64,000 nucleotides of DNA from Candidatus Krumholzibacteriia bacterium (GCA_041484665.1 JBGPIA010000002.1:96001-160000), one strand, 5' to 3'; numbered from the stretch's first letter, positions 41,332 through 51,857 are shown. Numbers and translations are program-made. The notes: generated by a model not told the origin, from the letters alone.

Positions 41332-41380
41332 GCGGCGCGGCCGCCCCAACGCTTCGAACCGGTCGCGCAGGAGTGCGGAC

Positions 41381-42724
41381 GTGACGGGTCACGATCGCCC
41401 GGTCACCATCGTGGGGGGCGGCCTGGCCGGCTGCGAGGCGGCGCTGCAGCTGGCCGCCCGGGGCTTTCGTGTCACGCTCCTGGAGATGCGCCCCGCGCGC
41501 CCCACGCCCGCCCATCGTACCGACCGTCTGGCCGAGATCGTGTGCAGCAATAGCTTCAAGAGCGAGCGCAGCGATACCCCGGCGGGCGCGCTCAAGCTGG
41601 AGCTCGACCTGCTCGGCTGCCGCCTGCTGCCGCTGGCACGGCAGGCGCGCGTGCCCGCCGGAGCGGCACTGGGCCTGGACCGTGAGCTCTTCGCCGCGCT
41701 GGTGGGTGCGCAGATCGAGGGGCACCCGCGCATCATGGTGCGCCGGGAGGAGGCGCGCGCGCTGCCGGAGGACCGCCCATGCGTGGTGGCCACCGGCCCG
41801 CTCACCTCAGAGGACCTGGAGCGCGACCTCACCGCGCGCATGGGGGAGGAGGGGCTCTACTTCTACGATGCGATCGCGCCCTCGTTGCTGCTGGAATCGG
41901 TGGACCTGGAGCGGGCGTTTCGTGCCGCGCGCTATGGGAAGGGCGACGACGACTACCTCAATTGCCCGCTCGACCGCGCGCAGTACGAGGCCTTCGTGGA
42001 TGCGCTGCTGGCCGCCGACCGCGTGCCGCTGCACGAGTTCGAGGAAGCGCGCTATTTCGCGGGGTGCATGCCCATCGAGGCCATCGCGCAGGGCGGGCGC
42101 GAATCGCTGCGCTTCGGGCCCATGCGCCCGGTGGGGCTGCGCGATCCCCGCAGCGGGCAGCGGCCCTACGCGGTGGTCCAGCTGCGCCAGGAGACGCGCG
42201 ACGGGACGCTCTACGGGCTGGTGGGGTTCCAGACGCGCTTGAAGTACGGCGAGCAGACGCGGGTCTTCCGCATGATCCCCGCGCTCGCGGAGGCGGAGTT
42301 CGCGCGCCTGGGAAGTCTGCACCGCAACACCTTCTTGAACAGTCCGCGCCATCTGCGCCCGGACCTCTCGTGGCAGCAAGACCCGCAGGTCTGGTTCGCC
42401 GGACAGATGATCGGCTGCGAGGGATACGTGGAGAGCGTGGCGACTGGGCTGCTGGCGGCCCTCGCCGTAGCCGGCGCTGGCCGCGGGCGGACGCTCGTGC
42501 CGCCGCCCGTGGACACGCTGCTGGGGTCGCTGCTGGCCTACCTGCGGGCCCCCGCGACGCCGCGCCTCACGCCCATGAACGTCAACTTCGGCCTGCTGCC
42601 GCCCCTGTCACGCCCTCCGCGCGATAAGGCGCTGCGCCGCGAGGCGCACACGGCGCGCGCCGTGGAGTCGATGCGCGGCTGGGTGCAGGCGCACTGCGAG
42701 CTGTTCGAGCTGGTGGGAGTATGA
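41381..42724 (+). CDS. trmFO: FAD/folate-dependent tRNA m5U54 methyltransferase TrmFO
   Basis: GGGLAGCEAA, EIVCSNS, FYDAIAP, YLNCP, CMPIE, LVGFQTRL, HRNTF, EGYVES, PMNVNFG. Confidence 0.96.
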   Translation: MTGHDRPVTIVGGGLAGCEAALQLAARGFRVTLLEMRPARPTPAHRTDRLAEIVCSNSFKSERSDTPAGALKLELDLLGCRLLPLARQARVPAGAALGLDRELFAALVGAQIEGHPRIMVRREEARALPEDRPCVVATGPLTSEDLERDLTARMGEEGLYFYDAIAPSLLLESVDLERAFRAARYGKGDDDYLNCPLDRAQYEAFVDALLAADRVPLHEFEEARYFAGCMPIEAIAQGGRESLRFGPMRPVGLRDPRSGQRPYAVVQLRQETRDGTLYGLVGFQTRLKYGEQTRVFRMIPALAEAEFARLGSLHRNTFLNSPRHLRPDLSWQQDPQVWFAGQMIGCEGYVESVATGLLAALAVAGAGRGRTLVPPPVDTLLGSLLAYLRAPATPRLTPMNVNFGLLPPLSRPPRDKALRREAHTARAVESMRGWVQAHCELFELVGV

Positions 42725-42746
42725 GACCGCTGGACAACGTGCAGCC

Positions 42747-43730
42747 GTGAGCGGCGCCGCGCAAGACCCGGCGCAGGCGTTCCTGGACCACCTGCGCGTG
42801 ATCGAGGGAGCCTCACCCCACACCGTCGAGGCATACGCGCGCGACCTGCAGACGGTCCAGAACGCGCTCGCCGCGCCGGGGCAGATCCTGGACTGGCTCA
42901 CGCTGAGCACCGACGATCTGCGGCGCTGGATGGCCCACGAACGGCGCCGCGGGATCGCGCCCGTGAGCCTCGCGCGCCGTCTGGCGGCGCTGCGCGCCTG
43001 CTTCGCGTTCCTGGAGAATACCGGACTACGAGCCGACCGGCCGACGGCGGGCTTGCGCGCTCCGCGCGTGCGCCGCCGGCTGCCGCGCGTGGCCGGCGAG
43101 GAGCTCATCGCGCGCGTGGTGCAGTCGCCCGATCTCGCCACCGAGCGCGGCCGCCGCAACCGCGCGCTGCTGGAGGTGATGTACGGCTGCGGACTGCGCC
43201 TGGCCGAGGTGGTGGGCCTGGGCCTGGGCGACCTGGATCTGTCCGGCGAGTCCGTGCGCGTGCGCGGCAAGGGGAGCAAGGAGCGACTGGTGCCGCTGGC
43301 CGGTGAGGCGAACGCAGCGCTGCGGCGGTATCTTGACGGCCGCCTGCCGCCCGCGGTGGCGGCCGCGCTTGGCGCCTCGATGCTGGAGGCCTCCGATCGT
43401 AGCGCGCCCGTGTTCCTCGGGCGCGGCGGCCGGCGGATCGCGCGGCGGACGGTGCGGGAGGTGGTGGCGCGCGCGGTGCGCGCGGCGTCGGGCGGTACGG
43501 GGCTGTCGCCGCACGACCTGCGCCACGCCTTCGCGACGCACCTGCTGGACCGCGGCGCGGACCTGCGCAGCGTACAGGAGCTGCTGGGGCACGCGGCGCT
43601 GTCCACCACGCAGATCTACACCCACGTGAGCGTGGCACGCCTGCGCGAGGCCTACGACCGGGCGCACCCGCGCGCCACGGCCGGCGGCGGGACGGCGCGC
43701 CGGGCCGCCAAACGGGAGGGACGGTCCTGA
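42747..43730 (+). CDS. xerC: Tyrosine recombinase XerC
   Basis: [50 protein letters not shown]; topA-trmFO-xerC-hslVU synteny. Confidence 0.9.
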   Translation: MSGAAQDPAQAFLDHLRVIEGASPHTVEAYARDLQTVQNALAAPGQILDWLTLSTDDLRRWMAHERRRGIAPVSLARRLAALRACFAFLENTGLRADRPTAGLRAPRVRRRLPRVAGEELIARVVQSPDLATERGRRNRALLEVMYGCGLRLAEVVGLGLGDLDLSGESVRVRGKGSKERLVPLAGEANAALRRYLDGRLPPAVAAALGASMLEASDRSAPVFLGRGGRRIARRTVREVVARAVRAASGGTGLSPHDLRHAFATHLLDRGADLRSVQELLGHAALSTTQIYTHVSVARLREAYDRAHPRATAGGGTARRAAKREGRS

Positions 43731-44287
43731 ACGCGATCCGCTCCACGACGATCCTGGGCGTGCGCGCCGGCGGCGGCACCTGCATGGGCGGCGACGGACA
43801 GGTCACGGTCGGAGCGATCAAGATGAAGGCCACCGCGCGCAAAGTGCGCGCGCTCCAGGAGGGCCGCATCCTGGCGGGGTTCGCCGGCTCCGCAGCAGAC
43901 GCCTTCACACTGTTCGAGAAGTTCGAGGGGCATCTGGGCTCCTACGGCGGAAATCTGCAGCGCGCGGTGATCGAGCTGGCCAAGGAGTGGCGCAGCGACC
44001 GCGTGCTGCGCCGGCTCGATGCTCTGCTGGCCGTCATGGATCCCGCCCACGCGTTCATCGTCTCGGGTGCCGGCGACGTGATCGAGCCCGATGACGCGGT
44101 GCTCGCCATCGGTTCCGGTGGCCCCTACGCCCAGGCCGCCGCGCGAGCCCTGCTGCGCCACAGCGCCCTGTCGGCCGCGGAGATCTGCCGCGCTGCGCTC
44201 GAGATCGCTGCGGGCATCTGCATCTACACCAACCGCGAGATCACCCTGCTGGAGCTCCCGGCGCCCAAGGGGGAGGCAGCACCGTGA
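43727..44287 (+). CDS. hslV: HslV (ClpQ) protease subunit (probable CTG start)
   Basis: [10 protein letters not shown] (catalytic Thr), [34 protein letters not shown]. Confidence 0.95.
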   Translation: MNAIRSTTILGVRAGGGTCMGGDGQVTVGAIKMKATARKVRALQEGRILAGFAGSAADAFTLFEKFEGHLGSYGGNLQRAVIELAKEWRSDRVLRRLDALLAVMDPAHAFIVSGAGDVIEPDDAVLAIGSGGPYAQAAARALLRHSALSAAEICRAALEIAAGICIYTNREITLLELPAPKGEAAP

Positions 44288-45672
44288 GCGCGTTGCCGGC
44301 CGCGCTGCCGCAGCCGCGACCGCCCCGCGCGGCGGGGCTCACGCCCCGCGAGATCGTGGCCGAGCTGGATCGCTACATCGTGGGCCAGGCCGCAGCCAAG
44401 CGCGCCGTGGCCATCGCCCTGCGCAACCGCTGGCGTCGCATGCAGGTCGACGACGCCCTGCGCGACGAGATCCTCCCGGCGAACATCATCATGATCGGGC
44501 CCACCGGCGTGGGGAAGACCGAGATCGCGCGGCGGCTGGCCAAGGTGGCCGGAGTCCCGTTCGTGAAAGTGGAGGCCACCAAGTTCACCGAACGAGGCTA
44601 CGTGGGACGCGACGTGGACTCGATGGTGCGGGACCTGGTGGAGGTCTCGCTCGCCCTGGTGCGCGAGGAGATGACCGCCACCGTGCAGGAGGACGCCGGC
44701 GCCGCCGTCGAGGACCGCCTGCTGGACCTGCTGCTACCGCCGCTGCGCGACGCCGCCGAGGAGACGCGCGAGCGGTGGGAGCGCAGCCGCGACAAGCTGC
44801 GGGCCCAGCTGCGCGCCGGTGAGCTGGAGGGACGCAACGTGACGGTGGAGACCACCGCGCGCGGCGGTCCGATGCTCGAGGTGCTCACGCCCGGCGCCGA
44901 CGAGGTGCTGGAATCGGGGTTGCAGGACGCCCTGCGCGGCCTGTTCCCGGCCCGCAAGAAAGAGCGCAGCGTGCCCATCGTCGAGGCGCGCAAGATCCTC
45001 CACGAGCAGGAAGTGGATCGGCGAATCGACCACGACCGCGCGACGGCCATCGCCTTGCAGCGTGCCGAGACCGGCGGCATCATCTTTCTCGATGAGATCG
45101 ACAAGATCGCCAGCCGCCGCGAGCACTCTGGCATCGACGTGAGCAGGGAGGGCGTGCAGCGCGACCTGCTGCCGGTGGTGGAGGGGTGCACCGTGCAGAC
45201 GAAATACGGCGCGGTGCGCACCGACCACGTCCTGTTCATCGCGGCCGGCGCCTTCCACATCTCCAAGCCCAGCGATCTGATTCCCGAGCTGCAGGGGCGC
45301 TTTCCCATCCGCGTCGAGCTGGCGAGCCTCACCGAGGAGGACTTCGTGCGCATCCTCCAGGAGCCGGAGAACTCGCTGCCGCGGCAGTACTGCGCGCTCC
45401 TGGCCACCGAGCACTGCCAGCTCGAGTTCACCGCGGACGCCTACCGCGAGCTGGCCACCATTGCCTGCGAGGTGAACCGCCGCAGGGAGAACATCGGCGC
45501 GCGGCGGCTGCACACGATCATGTCTGCTCTGCTGGAGGACCTGCTTTACGAGCTGCCCGCCGCCCCGGGGGCGCCGCCGCCCGCCGCGCGCGTGGCCGTG
45601 GACGCGGCCTTCGTGCGGCGCAAGCTCGCGGAGGTCCTGCAGGACGAGGACCTCAGCCGCTACATTCTGTAG
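44284..45672 (+). CDS. hslU: HslU ATPase subunit
   Basis: [60 protein letters not shown]. Confidence 0.97.
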   Translation: MSALPAALPQPRPPRAAGLTPREIVAELDRYIVGQAAAKRAVAIALRNRWRRMQVDDALRDEILPANIIMIGPTGVGKTEIARRLAKVAGVPFVKVEATKFTERGYVGRDVDSMVRDLVEVSLALVREEMTATVQEDAGAAVEDRLLDLLLPPLRDAAEETRERWERSRDKLRAQLRAGELEGRNVTVETTARGGPMLEVLTPGADEVLESGLQDALRGLFPARKKERSVPIVEARKILHEQEVDRRIDHDRATAIALQRAETGGIIFLDEIDKIASRREHSGIDVSREGVQRDLLPVVEGCTVQTKYGAVRTDHVLFIAAGAFHISKPSDLIPELQGRFPIRVELASLTEEDFVRILQEPENSLPRQYCALLATEHCQLEFTADAYRELATIACEVNRRRENIGARRLHTIMSALLEDLLYELPAAPGAPPPAARVAVDAAFVRRKLAEVLQDEDLSRYIL

Positions 45673-45725
45673 CCGACCCGGGCGCGGTTCTGTGGGCCCA
45701 CGCCTGCACCGATCAGGAGGACCCG

Positions 45726-46652
45726 ATGCGCAAGCTGTCGAGCAAGGACTTCGTGACGATCCTGGACCTGACGGCGGAGGACCTGGCGGCGGTGCTGCAG
45801 ACCGCCCGCGAGCAGAAGCCGCTGGCCAGACAGAAGGGCCTCGCCCACAGCCATGCGGGCCGCGTGCTGGCGTGCATCTTCCATAAACCGAGCCTGCGCA
45901 CGCGCGTCAGCTTCGAGGTGGCCATGACGCAGCTGGGCGGCAGCTCGCTGTACATCACCGACAAGGAGATCGGACTGGGAACCCGTGAGTCGGTGGACGA
46001 TGTGGCGCGGGTGCTGGAGCGGATGGTGGACGGGATCATGATCCGCACCTTCGCCCACGCGTCGGTGGAGAAGCTCGCGGCGGCCGCGCGGCGCATCCCC
46101 GTCATCAACGGGCTCACCGATCTCCACCATCCCTGCCAGGTGCTGGCCGACGTCTTCACGATCCAGGAGCAGTTGGGCGGGATCGAGGGCCGCCGCGTCG
46201 CCTACATCGGCGACGGCAACAACATGGCCCACTCGTGGATCGACGCCGCGGCGCGCTTCCCCTTCTCGCTCGTGGTCTGCAGCCCGCAGGGCTACACGCC
46301 CAGCCAGCAGGTGATCGAGCGGGCGCAGCGCGGTGGCCGGCTCGATCTCACGGTGCTGCACGACCCGCATGCGGCGGTGGCCGGTGCCCACGTGATCTAC
46401 ACCGACGTCTGGGCCAGCATGGGCCAAGAGGACGAGGCCGCGGCCCGCGCGCGCGCGTTCGCCGGCTACCAGGTCAACGCGGATCTGCTGCGGCGGGCGC
46501 AGCGAGATGCGATCGTGCTGCACTGCCTTCCGGCGCACCGCGGGCTGGAGATCACCGACGAGGTGATGGACGGCCCGCAGAGCCGCGTCTTCGACCAGTC
46601 CGAGAACCGCCTCCACGTGCAGCGGGCCATCCTTGCGCACCTGCTCCCCTGA
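45726..46652 (+). CDS. argF: Ornithine carbamoyltransferase
   Basis: PSLRTRVSF, HPCQ, GDGNN, DVWASMG (ornithine-binding), HCLPA, ENRLH. Confidence 0.93.
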   Translation: MRKLSSKDFVTILDLTAEDLAAVLQTAREQKPLARQKGLAHSHAGRVLACIFHKPSLRTRVSFEVAMTQLGGSSLYITDKEIGLGTRESVDDVARVLERMVDGIMIRTFAHASVEKLAAAARRIPVINGLTDLHHPCQVLADVFTIQEQLGGIEGRRVAYIGDGNNMAHSWIDAAARFPFSLVVCSPQGYTPSQQVIERAQRGGRLDLTVLHDPHAAVAGAHVIYTDVWASMGQEDEAAARARAFAGYQVNADLLRRAQRDAIVLHCLPAHRGLEITDEVMDGPQSRVFDQSENRLHVQRAILAHLLP

Positions 46653-47763
46653 CGCGCGTGCCCGGCGCGACGGGCGGCCGGCCGGCCTGCTGTTGCTGCT
46701 GGCCCTGGCCGCGTGCGCCCAGACGGCGCCACCGCCCGGGGGTCCGCAGGACCAGGAGGCGCCGCGGCTGGTCGCGGCGGAGCCCAGCAGCCTGGCGGTC
46801 GGCGTCGCTGCGCGGGCACCGCTGCGGCTCTCCTTCAGCGAGCGCATCGAGCGCACCAGCTTCCCGGCGGGAGTCGAGGTCACGCCCGCCCGCGCCTTCG
46901 GCAAGGTGGAGTTCGACGACCTGCGCGTCACGCTGGTCCCGCGGCGCCCGTGGCCGACCGACACGCTGGTGGTCTGGACCGTGCTGCCCACGGTGAAGGA
47001 CCGCCACGGCGTGGCGCTGGGGCGCCCGCAGAGTGGCGCGTTCACCACCGGTTCGCACTTGCCCGACGGCGCCATCACCGGGCAGGTCCAAGGCAAGGAC
47101 ATCAAGCTCCCGCGGGTGCGCGTGGCGCTGTTCACCGCGCCCACCGCGGAGCACCGCAAGGGAGTGCGCTGGCGGCTTTGCGCGGTGGAGCGCGACGGCG
47201 GCTTCCGCATCGCTCCCCTGGAATGCCCGGCGGGGCCCTTTCGCCTGGAGGCTTTCGACGACCGCGACGGCAACGGCCGCCGCGACCCGCGCGAGCCCGT
47301 GGCGACCGCCGACAGCTTGTCCATCACCGACGCGGTCCGTATCCTGCATGTGGGCACGCTCGAGCTGGTCGATCGCGATTCTCCGGTGCGCGTCTGGGTC
47401 CGGCTGTCCCCCGCCCCGCACGATACCCTCGCGCGCCGCGTGGCGGCGCGCCCATTGGCGGTCGAGGGCGCCCGGACGACCGATGCCAAGGTGGATACGG
47501 TGGGTCTAGCCGGCCCTTTGTCGTTGGTTCCGGGGCGCTACCAAGTCTCCGCCTGGGCCGATCTCGATCGCGACGGCCGGTTCGGTCCCGACGCCGCTGG
47601 CGAGAGCGAGCTTTTCACCGCCGAGGTCCCCCGGGAGGTCGAGCCGGCCAAGCCGGACACGCTGCTGGTGGAGGCTCCGGCGACCCAGCTACACTGGGCG
47701 ACCCTCGACTCAATGCGGGCGCCGCCCGTCCCGCGGGATCTCTTCCGGACCAGGAGCCGATGA
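46633..47763 (+). CDS. Lipoprotein with an Ig-like domain and two DxDxxG-containing beta-sandwich repeats (start uncertain)
   Basis: Lipobox LAAC then AQTAPPPGGPQD; FSE; FTTG; AFDDRDGNGRRD and AWADLDRDGRF. Confidence 0.7.
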   Translation: MRTCSPDARARRDGRPAGLLLLLALAACAQTAPPPGGPQDQEAPRLVAAEPSSLAVGVAARAPLRLSFSERIERTSFPAGVEVTPARAFGKVEFDDLRVTLVPRRPWPTDTLVVWTVLPTVKDRHGVALGRPQSGAFTTGSHLPDGAITGQVQGKDIKLPRVRVALFTAPTAEHRKGVRWRLCAVERDGGFRIAPLECPAGPFRLEAFDDRDGNGRRDPREPVATADSLSITDAVRILHVGTLELVDRDSPVRVWVRLSPAPHDTLARRVAARPLAVEGARTTDAKVDTVGLAGPLSLVPGRYQVSAWADLDRDGRFGPDAAGESELFTAEVPREVEPAKPDTLLVEAPATQLHWATLDSMRAPPVPRDLFRTRSR

Positions 47764-47770
47764 GGGGGCC

Positions 47771-48604
47771 ATGGAGCTGCGCTTCGCGAAGATGCACGGC
47801 GCCGCGAACGATTTCGTGGTGCTGGAAGGCGCACCTCCTACGGCGGTTGCCGCCGGGGCGGCGCTGGTTCGCGCGCTGTGCGACCGCCGGCAGGGAGTCG
47901 GCGCCGATGGCGTGCTGTGGATCGAGCGCAGCGGCGGGCGGCCCGGCGGTCGCGTGCCCGCCTTCCGCATGCACTTCTACAACAGTGACGGCTGCCGCGC
48001 CGCGCTGTGCCTCAACGGCGGCCGCTGTTGCGCCCTGCGCGCCCGCGAGCTGGGCTGGGTCGCCGCCGAGCGCTTCGTCTACCTCACGGACATCGGCGAG
48101 ATCGAGGCGGAGGTCGGCCCTGCCGAGGTCAGCCTCTGGATCCCGGCGCCGCGCCGCGCCGGCGCGGCGATTGCGCTGCCCGAGGGCAGCCCCGCCGAGC
48201 AGGGCATCCCGGTCGTTACCGGCGACCCGCATCTGGTCGTGGAGCTCGATGCGCCGCGCTGGGACCAGCTCGACCTCGAGACGGCCGGACGCGCGCTGCG
48301 CTGGTGGACGGGGGCGTTCCAGGACGGCAACAACGTCCACTTCATCCATCGCGAGCCCGCAGTGTGGCAGATCCGCACGTTCGAACGGGGAGTGGAGGGG
48401 GAGACCTGGGCGTGCGGTAGCGGCTGCATCGCCGCCGTCTGCGCTCTGCAGGAGGGCGCTGCTCGCGGGGAGGTCGCGCTGCGCACGCGCGCAGGCTTCA
48501 TCCTGGCCGTGACGCCCGGGCCCGCGGTCTGGCAGATCCGCGGTCCGGCCGCCACCGTCTTCATGGGGACCTGGCGCACCGAGGAGGGCCGTGCACGGGA
48601 CTAG
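47771..48604 (+). CDS. dapF: Diaminopimelate epimerase
   Basis: FAKMHG..NDF, DRRQGVGADG, NSDG...CLNG, GDPH, NVHF, ERGV.GETWACGSG. Confidence 0.9.
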   Translation: MELRFAKMHGAANDFVVLEGAPPTAVAAGAALVRALCDRRQGVGADGVLWIERSGGRPGGRVPAFRMHFYNSDGCRAALCLNGGRCCALRARELGWVAAERFVYLTDIGEIEAEVGPAEVSLWIPAPRRAGAAIALPEGSPAEQGIPVVTGDPHLVVELDAPRWDQLDLETAGRALRWWTGAFQDGNNVHFIHREPAVWQIRTFERGVEGETWACGSGCIAAVCALQEGAARGEVALRTRAGFILAVTPGPAVWQIRGPAATVFMGTWRTEEGRARD

Positions 48605-51491
48605 GCGGTCGTGGGGCAGCACGGTGCCCAGGACGGTGGGGGCCGCGGCGCTGCTGGCCGCCCTCGGCGGCGCGGCGTTGTGGACCGGCCGCGCGCAGGG
48701 CCAGACCCTCTTCGGCCAGAACAAGGTGGTCTACAACGACCGCCACTGGAAGGTGCTGCAGGAGGACCGCATCAACGTGTACTTCTACGTGGGCGAGGAC
48801 GCCCTCGCCCGCCAGACGTTGCGCTTCGCGCTGGACGCCTATCGCGAGTACAGCCGCTACTTCGACTACGAGTTCACCGATCCGATTCCCGTCATCCTTT
48901 ACGGCACGCACCACGATTTCAAGCAGACCAACGTCACCCCCGGCTTCATCCCGGACTTCACCGGTGGCTTCACCGAGTTCGCCAAGGGGCGCGTCACGCT
49001 GCCTGCGACCGGCAGCGTCGCGCAGCTGCGCCACGTCATCCGTCACGAGCTGGTGCACGCGTTCATGCTGAGCAAGCTCGCCCACGTGATGGGGCAGCGG
49101 GGAATCTTCGACTACGCGGGCCCGCCCTTGTGGTTCACCGAGGGGCTGGCCGAAGACGTGGCGCGGCCTGCTCCCGACGCGCAGGCGGAGATGTTCCTGC
49201 GCGATGCGCTGCTCAACGACGGCCTGCCCAGCATCCCCGATCTCTGGCAGATCGAGGGCTCATTCCTGATGTACAAGGCGGGTGAGTCGATCCTGGGGTT
49301 CCTGCGCACCGAGTACGGTGACCGCGTCCCCGCGCAACTGCTAGAGGCCTGGTGGAGGGGGCGCAGCTTCGGCGACGTGCTGCAGCTCGAGTTGGGGCTG
49401 ACCGAGCGCGATCTCTCGGAGCGCTGGATCAACTACCTCAAGCGGCGCTACTTCCCGCAGCTGCTCACGCGCCTGTCCCCCGACGAGAGCGGCCACCCCG
49501 TGCTGGAGAAGCCCGTGTTCGAGGTGGCGCCGTCGTTCCTGCGCACGACCGAGGGCGGAGGCACGGAGCTGGCCATGATCTCCGGGCGCGGCGGGCTGCT
49601 CAGCCTCTATGCCGTCTCGGTGCCGGAGCACGGCAAGGCGCAGATCCGGCTGCTGGTCGAGGGGGGACGCAAAGCGCGCTTCGAGACCTTTCCGGCGTTG
49701 CGCAGCCGCCTGGGCACCCATGGGCAGCGCCTGATTGCGTTCGTGGCGAAGCACGGGGAGGCGGACGCGCTATTCGTCTACGACGTGCAGGCGGCCGGGG
49801 TCGTGCGGGAGCTCGCGTTCGCGACCCTGCGCGAGATCGCCAGTCCCAGCTTCAGCCCCGACGGGCGGAGGATCGCCTTCAGCGGCCTGCGCACCGACGG
49901 CAGCAGCGATATCTACACGGTGGAGCTGGCCACGGGCCAGCTCACGCCCGTCACGCAGGATCCCTACGACGACCTGCACCCCTGCTGGCACCCCAGCGCA
50001 GCGCGCCTGGTGTTCGCGTCCGACCGGGCGGATCCCGAGGGTGGCAGGCGCTCCTTGTACGTCGCGCCGTTGGACTCGCTGGGGCGTGCGGTGGGCGAGC
50101 TCGAGCGCCTCACCGAGGGCTCCGACGACAACGAGCCGATCTGGTCGCCGCGCGGCGACCGCGTCCTGTACGTGAGCGACCGCTCGGGCACGTTCAACCT
50201 GCATGTGCTCGAAGGCGGCGCCGCGCGGCAGATCACCAACGTCACCGGTGGCGCGTTCAACCCCGACTGGCTGCCCGGGGAGAGCGATGTGGTTGCCTCC
50301 GTGTACCACAAGGGGGCATTCGCGCTCTACCGCTTCCGCGTGCAGGACGCCCGCGCGCCCGTGCCGATGGCGCTCGCCGAACGCCAGCTCCAGGCGGAAC
50401 CGCCGGCCGCGCCGGCCACCGAACCGCCCTCGACGGCGCAGGCCACCGCCGTGCCGGACAGCGCGGCGGCCGGCCGGCAGCAGCCGCGGGTAGTGGACTA
50501 CGGAATGCACCTGGATCTCGACTTCGTGCAGTCCGTCGTGGCGCTCGACCCCGACCTGCCGTTTGGCAGCGGCGCGACGCTGGGGCTCACCGACATGCTG
50601 GGCAACCACCAGCTCTTCCTCCATCTGAGCCAGTCCAGCGAGCAGTTCAGCCTCGACCAGCTCAATCTGGGAGTGAGCTACCACAACCTGTCGCGGCGTC
50701 TGAACACGAACTTCGGTCTCTTCCGCTTGGCGACCTCGGACCGGCTCACGTCGCTGCGGCCCACGCAGGTCGAACGGCGTACCGGCGGTTTCGCCGGCGT
50801 CACCTATCCATTCTCCACGTTCGATCGCGTGGAGCTCAGCGCGGTGGGACGCTACCTGGAGCGCGACGCCTCCTTCCAGCTGCCGGGGGAGCCAGGAACC
50901 AGCTGGCTGGTGAGCGGCTTCCTGAGCTACGTCCACGACAACGCGCTGTGGACGTGGCAGGGACCCATGCGTGGCACCAGCTACAACCTTACGCTGGGGC
51001 AGACCTTCGACGTGCTCGGCCACGGGTTCGATCGCCAGACTGTTCAGCTGGACGTGCGGCGCTACTTCCCGATCGCGCGCGGCACGCTGTTCGCGGCGCG
51101 CGTAGTGGAGCGCCTCAGCTTCGGCAACGACCGCGAGTTCTTCTACGCCGGCGGCCCCAACGACCTGCGGGGCTATCAGTGGTACGAGTTCTTCGGCAAC
51201 CGCCTGACCCTGCTCAACGGCGAGCTGCGCTTCCCGCTCATCGACCGGATCGCACTGCGCTTCCCGTTCGGGCGGCTGGACTTCCCCAGCGTACGCGGCG
51301 GCCTGTTCGTGGACGCGGCGACGATCTCCAGCCAGATCTACGACACCGGCTGGGTCGGCGGAGTCGGGGCGAGCGTGGGGATGGTGCTGTTCCCGCCGCT
51401 GATGTTTCGGGTGGACTTCGTTCGGCGGACGGATTTCGACCACAAGCTCGAGCCGTTCGACACGGTCGTGAGCCTGGCTTTCCTCTATTGA
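48591..51491 (+). CDS. Secreted zinc-peptidase-like + PD40/TolB beta-propeller + Omp85/BamA-like barrel protein
   Basis: FGQNKVVY; HELVH...WFTEGLAE; SPSFSPDGRRIAF, PCWHP, PIWSPRG; FYAGGPNDLRGY, NGELRFPL; terminal Tyr. Confidence 0.8.
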   Translation: MHGTRRSWGSTVPRTVGAAALLAALGGAALWTGRAQGQTLFGQNKVVYNDRHWKVLQEDRINVYFYVGEDALARQTLRFALDAYREYSRYFDYEFTDPIPVILYGTHHDFKQTNVTPGFIPDFTGGFTEFAKGRVTLPATGSVAQLRHVIRHELVHAFMLSKLAHVMGQRGIFDYAGPPLWFTEGLAEDVARPAPDAQAEMFLRDALLNDGLPSIPDLWQIEGSFLMYKAGESILGFLRTEYGDRVPAQLLEAWWRGRSFGDVLQLELGLTERDLSERWINYLKRRYFPQLLTRLSPDESGHPVLEKPVFEVAPSFLRTTEGGGTELAMISGRGGLLSLYAVSVPEHGKAQIRLLVEGGRKARFETFPALRSRLGTHGQRLIAFVAKHGEADALFVYDVQAAGVVRELAFATLREIASPSFSPDGRRIAFSGLRTDGSSDIYTVELATGQLTPVTQDPYDDLHPCWHPSAARLVFASDRADPEGGRRSLYVAPLDSLGRAVGELERLTEGSDDNEPIWSPRGDRVLYVSDRSGTFNLHVLEGGAARQITNVTGGAFNPDWLPGESDVVASVYHKGAFALYRFRVQDARAPVPMALAERQLQAEPPAAPATEPPSTAQATAVPDSAAAGRQQPRVVDYGMHLDLDFVQSVVALDPDLPFGSGATLGLTDMLGNHQLFLHLSQSSEQFSLDQLNLGVSYHNLSRRLNTNFGLFRLATSDRLTSLRPTQVERRTGGFAGVTYPFSTFDRVELSAVGRYLERDASFQLPGEPGTSWLVSGFLSYVHDNALWTWQGPMRGTSYNLTLGQTFDVLGHGFDRQTVQLDVRRYFPIARGTLFAARVVERLSFGNDREFFYAGGPNDLRGYQWYEFFGNRLTLLNGELRFPLIDRIALRFPFGRLDFPSVRGGLFVDAATISSQIYDTGWVGGVGASVGMVLFPPLMFRVDFVRRTDFDHKLEPFDTVVSLAFLY

Positions 51492-51593
51492 GTCGGGGCT
51501 TCGCGACGGGAAAAAGGCCCAGTGCTGCGGGCGCTTCGGCCGTTGCGGTCGCGCGCCCGGGCGTTGGGCAGCGCCAGGGGGGCGGGGCCGCCG

Positions 51594-51857
51594 CTAGCGC
51601 GGCAGGCGATGGTGCAGGCGGCTCTTGAGGCGGGCGGCCTTGTTGCGGTGGATCAGCCCCTTGCCGGCCATTTGGTCCAGCAACGACGCCACGTTGGCCA
51701 GCTTCTGGGTGAGCTCGGTCGCGGGCGTCGCGCTCTCGGCCAGAGCGGCGCGCAGCTCGCGCAGCGCGTGGCGGGCACGGGTACGCGCCGCCACGTTGCG
51801 TTCGCGGCGGATCTCGTTGGTCTTGACCCGCTTGGCTGCCGACTTGTGATGGGGCAC
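51594..51857 (-). CDS. rpsT: 30S ribosomal protein S20
   Basis: PHHKSAAKRVK...KGLIHRNKAARLKSRL; AGGAG SD before GTG. Confidence 0.95.
   Translation of the reverse strand: MPHHKSAAKRVKTNEIRRERNVAARTRARHALRELRAALAESATPATELTQKLANVASLLDQMAGKGLIHRNKAARLKSRLHHRLPR

Noticed and set aside
45880..45915. SLRT motif suggesting an N-succinyl/N-acetylornithine transcarbamylase
   Set aside because: The ornithine-binding DxxxSMG and HCLPA motifs are present, consistent with an ordinary ArgF.
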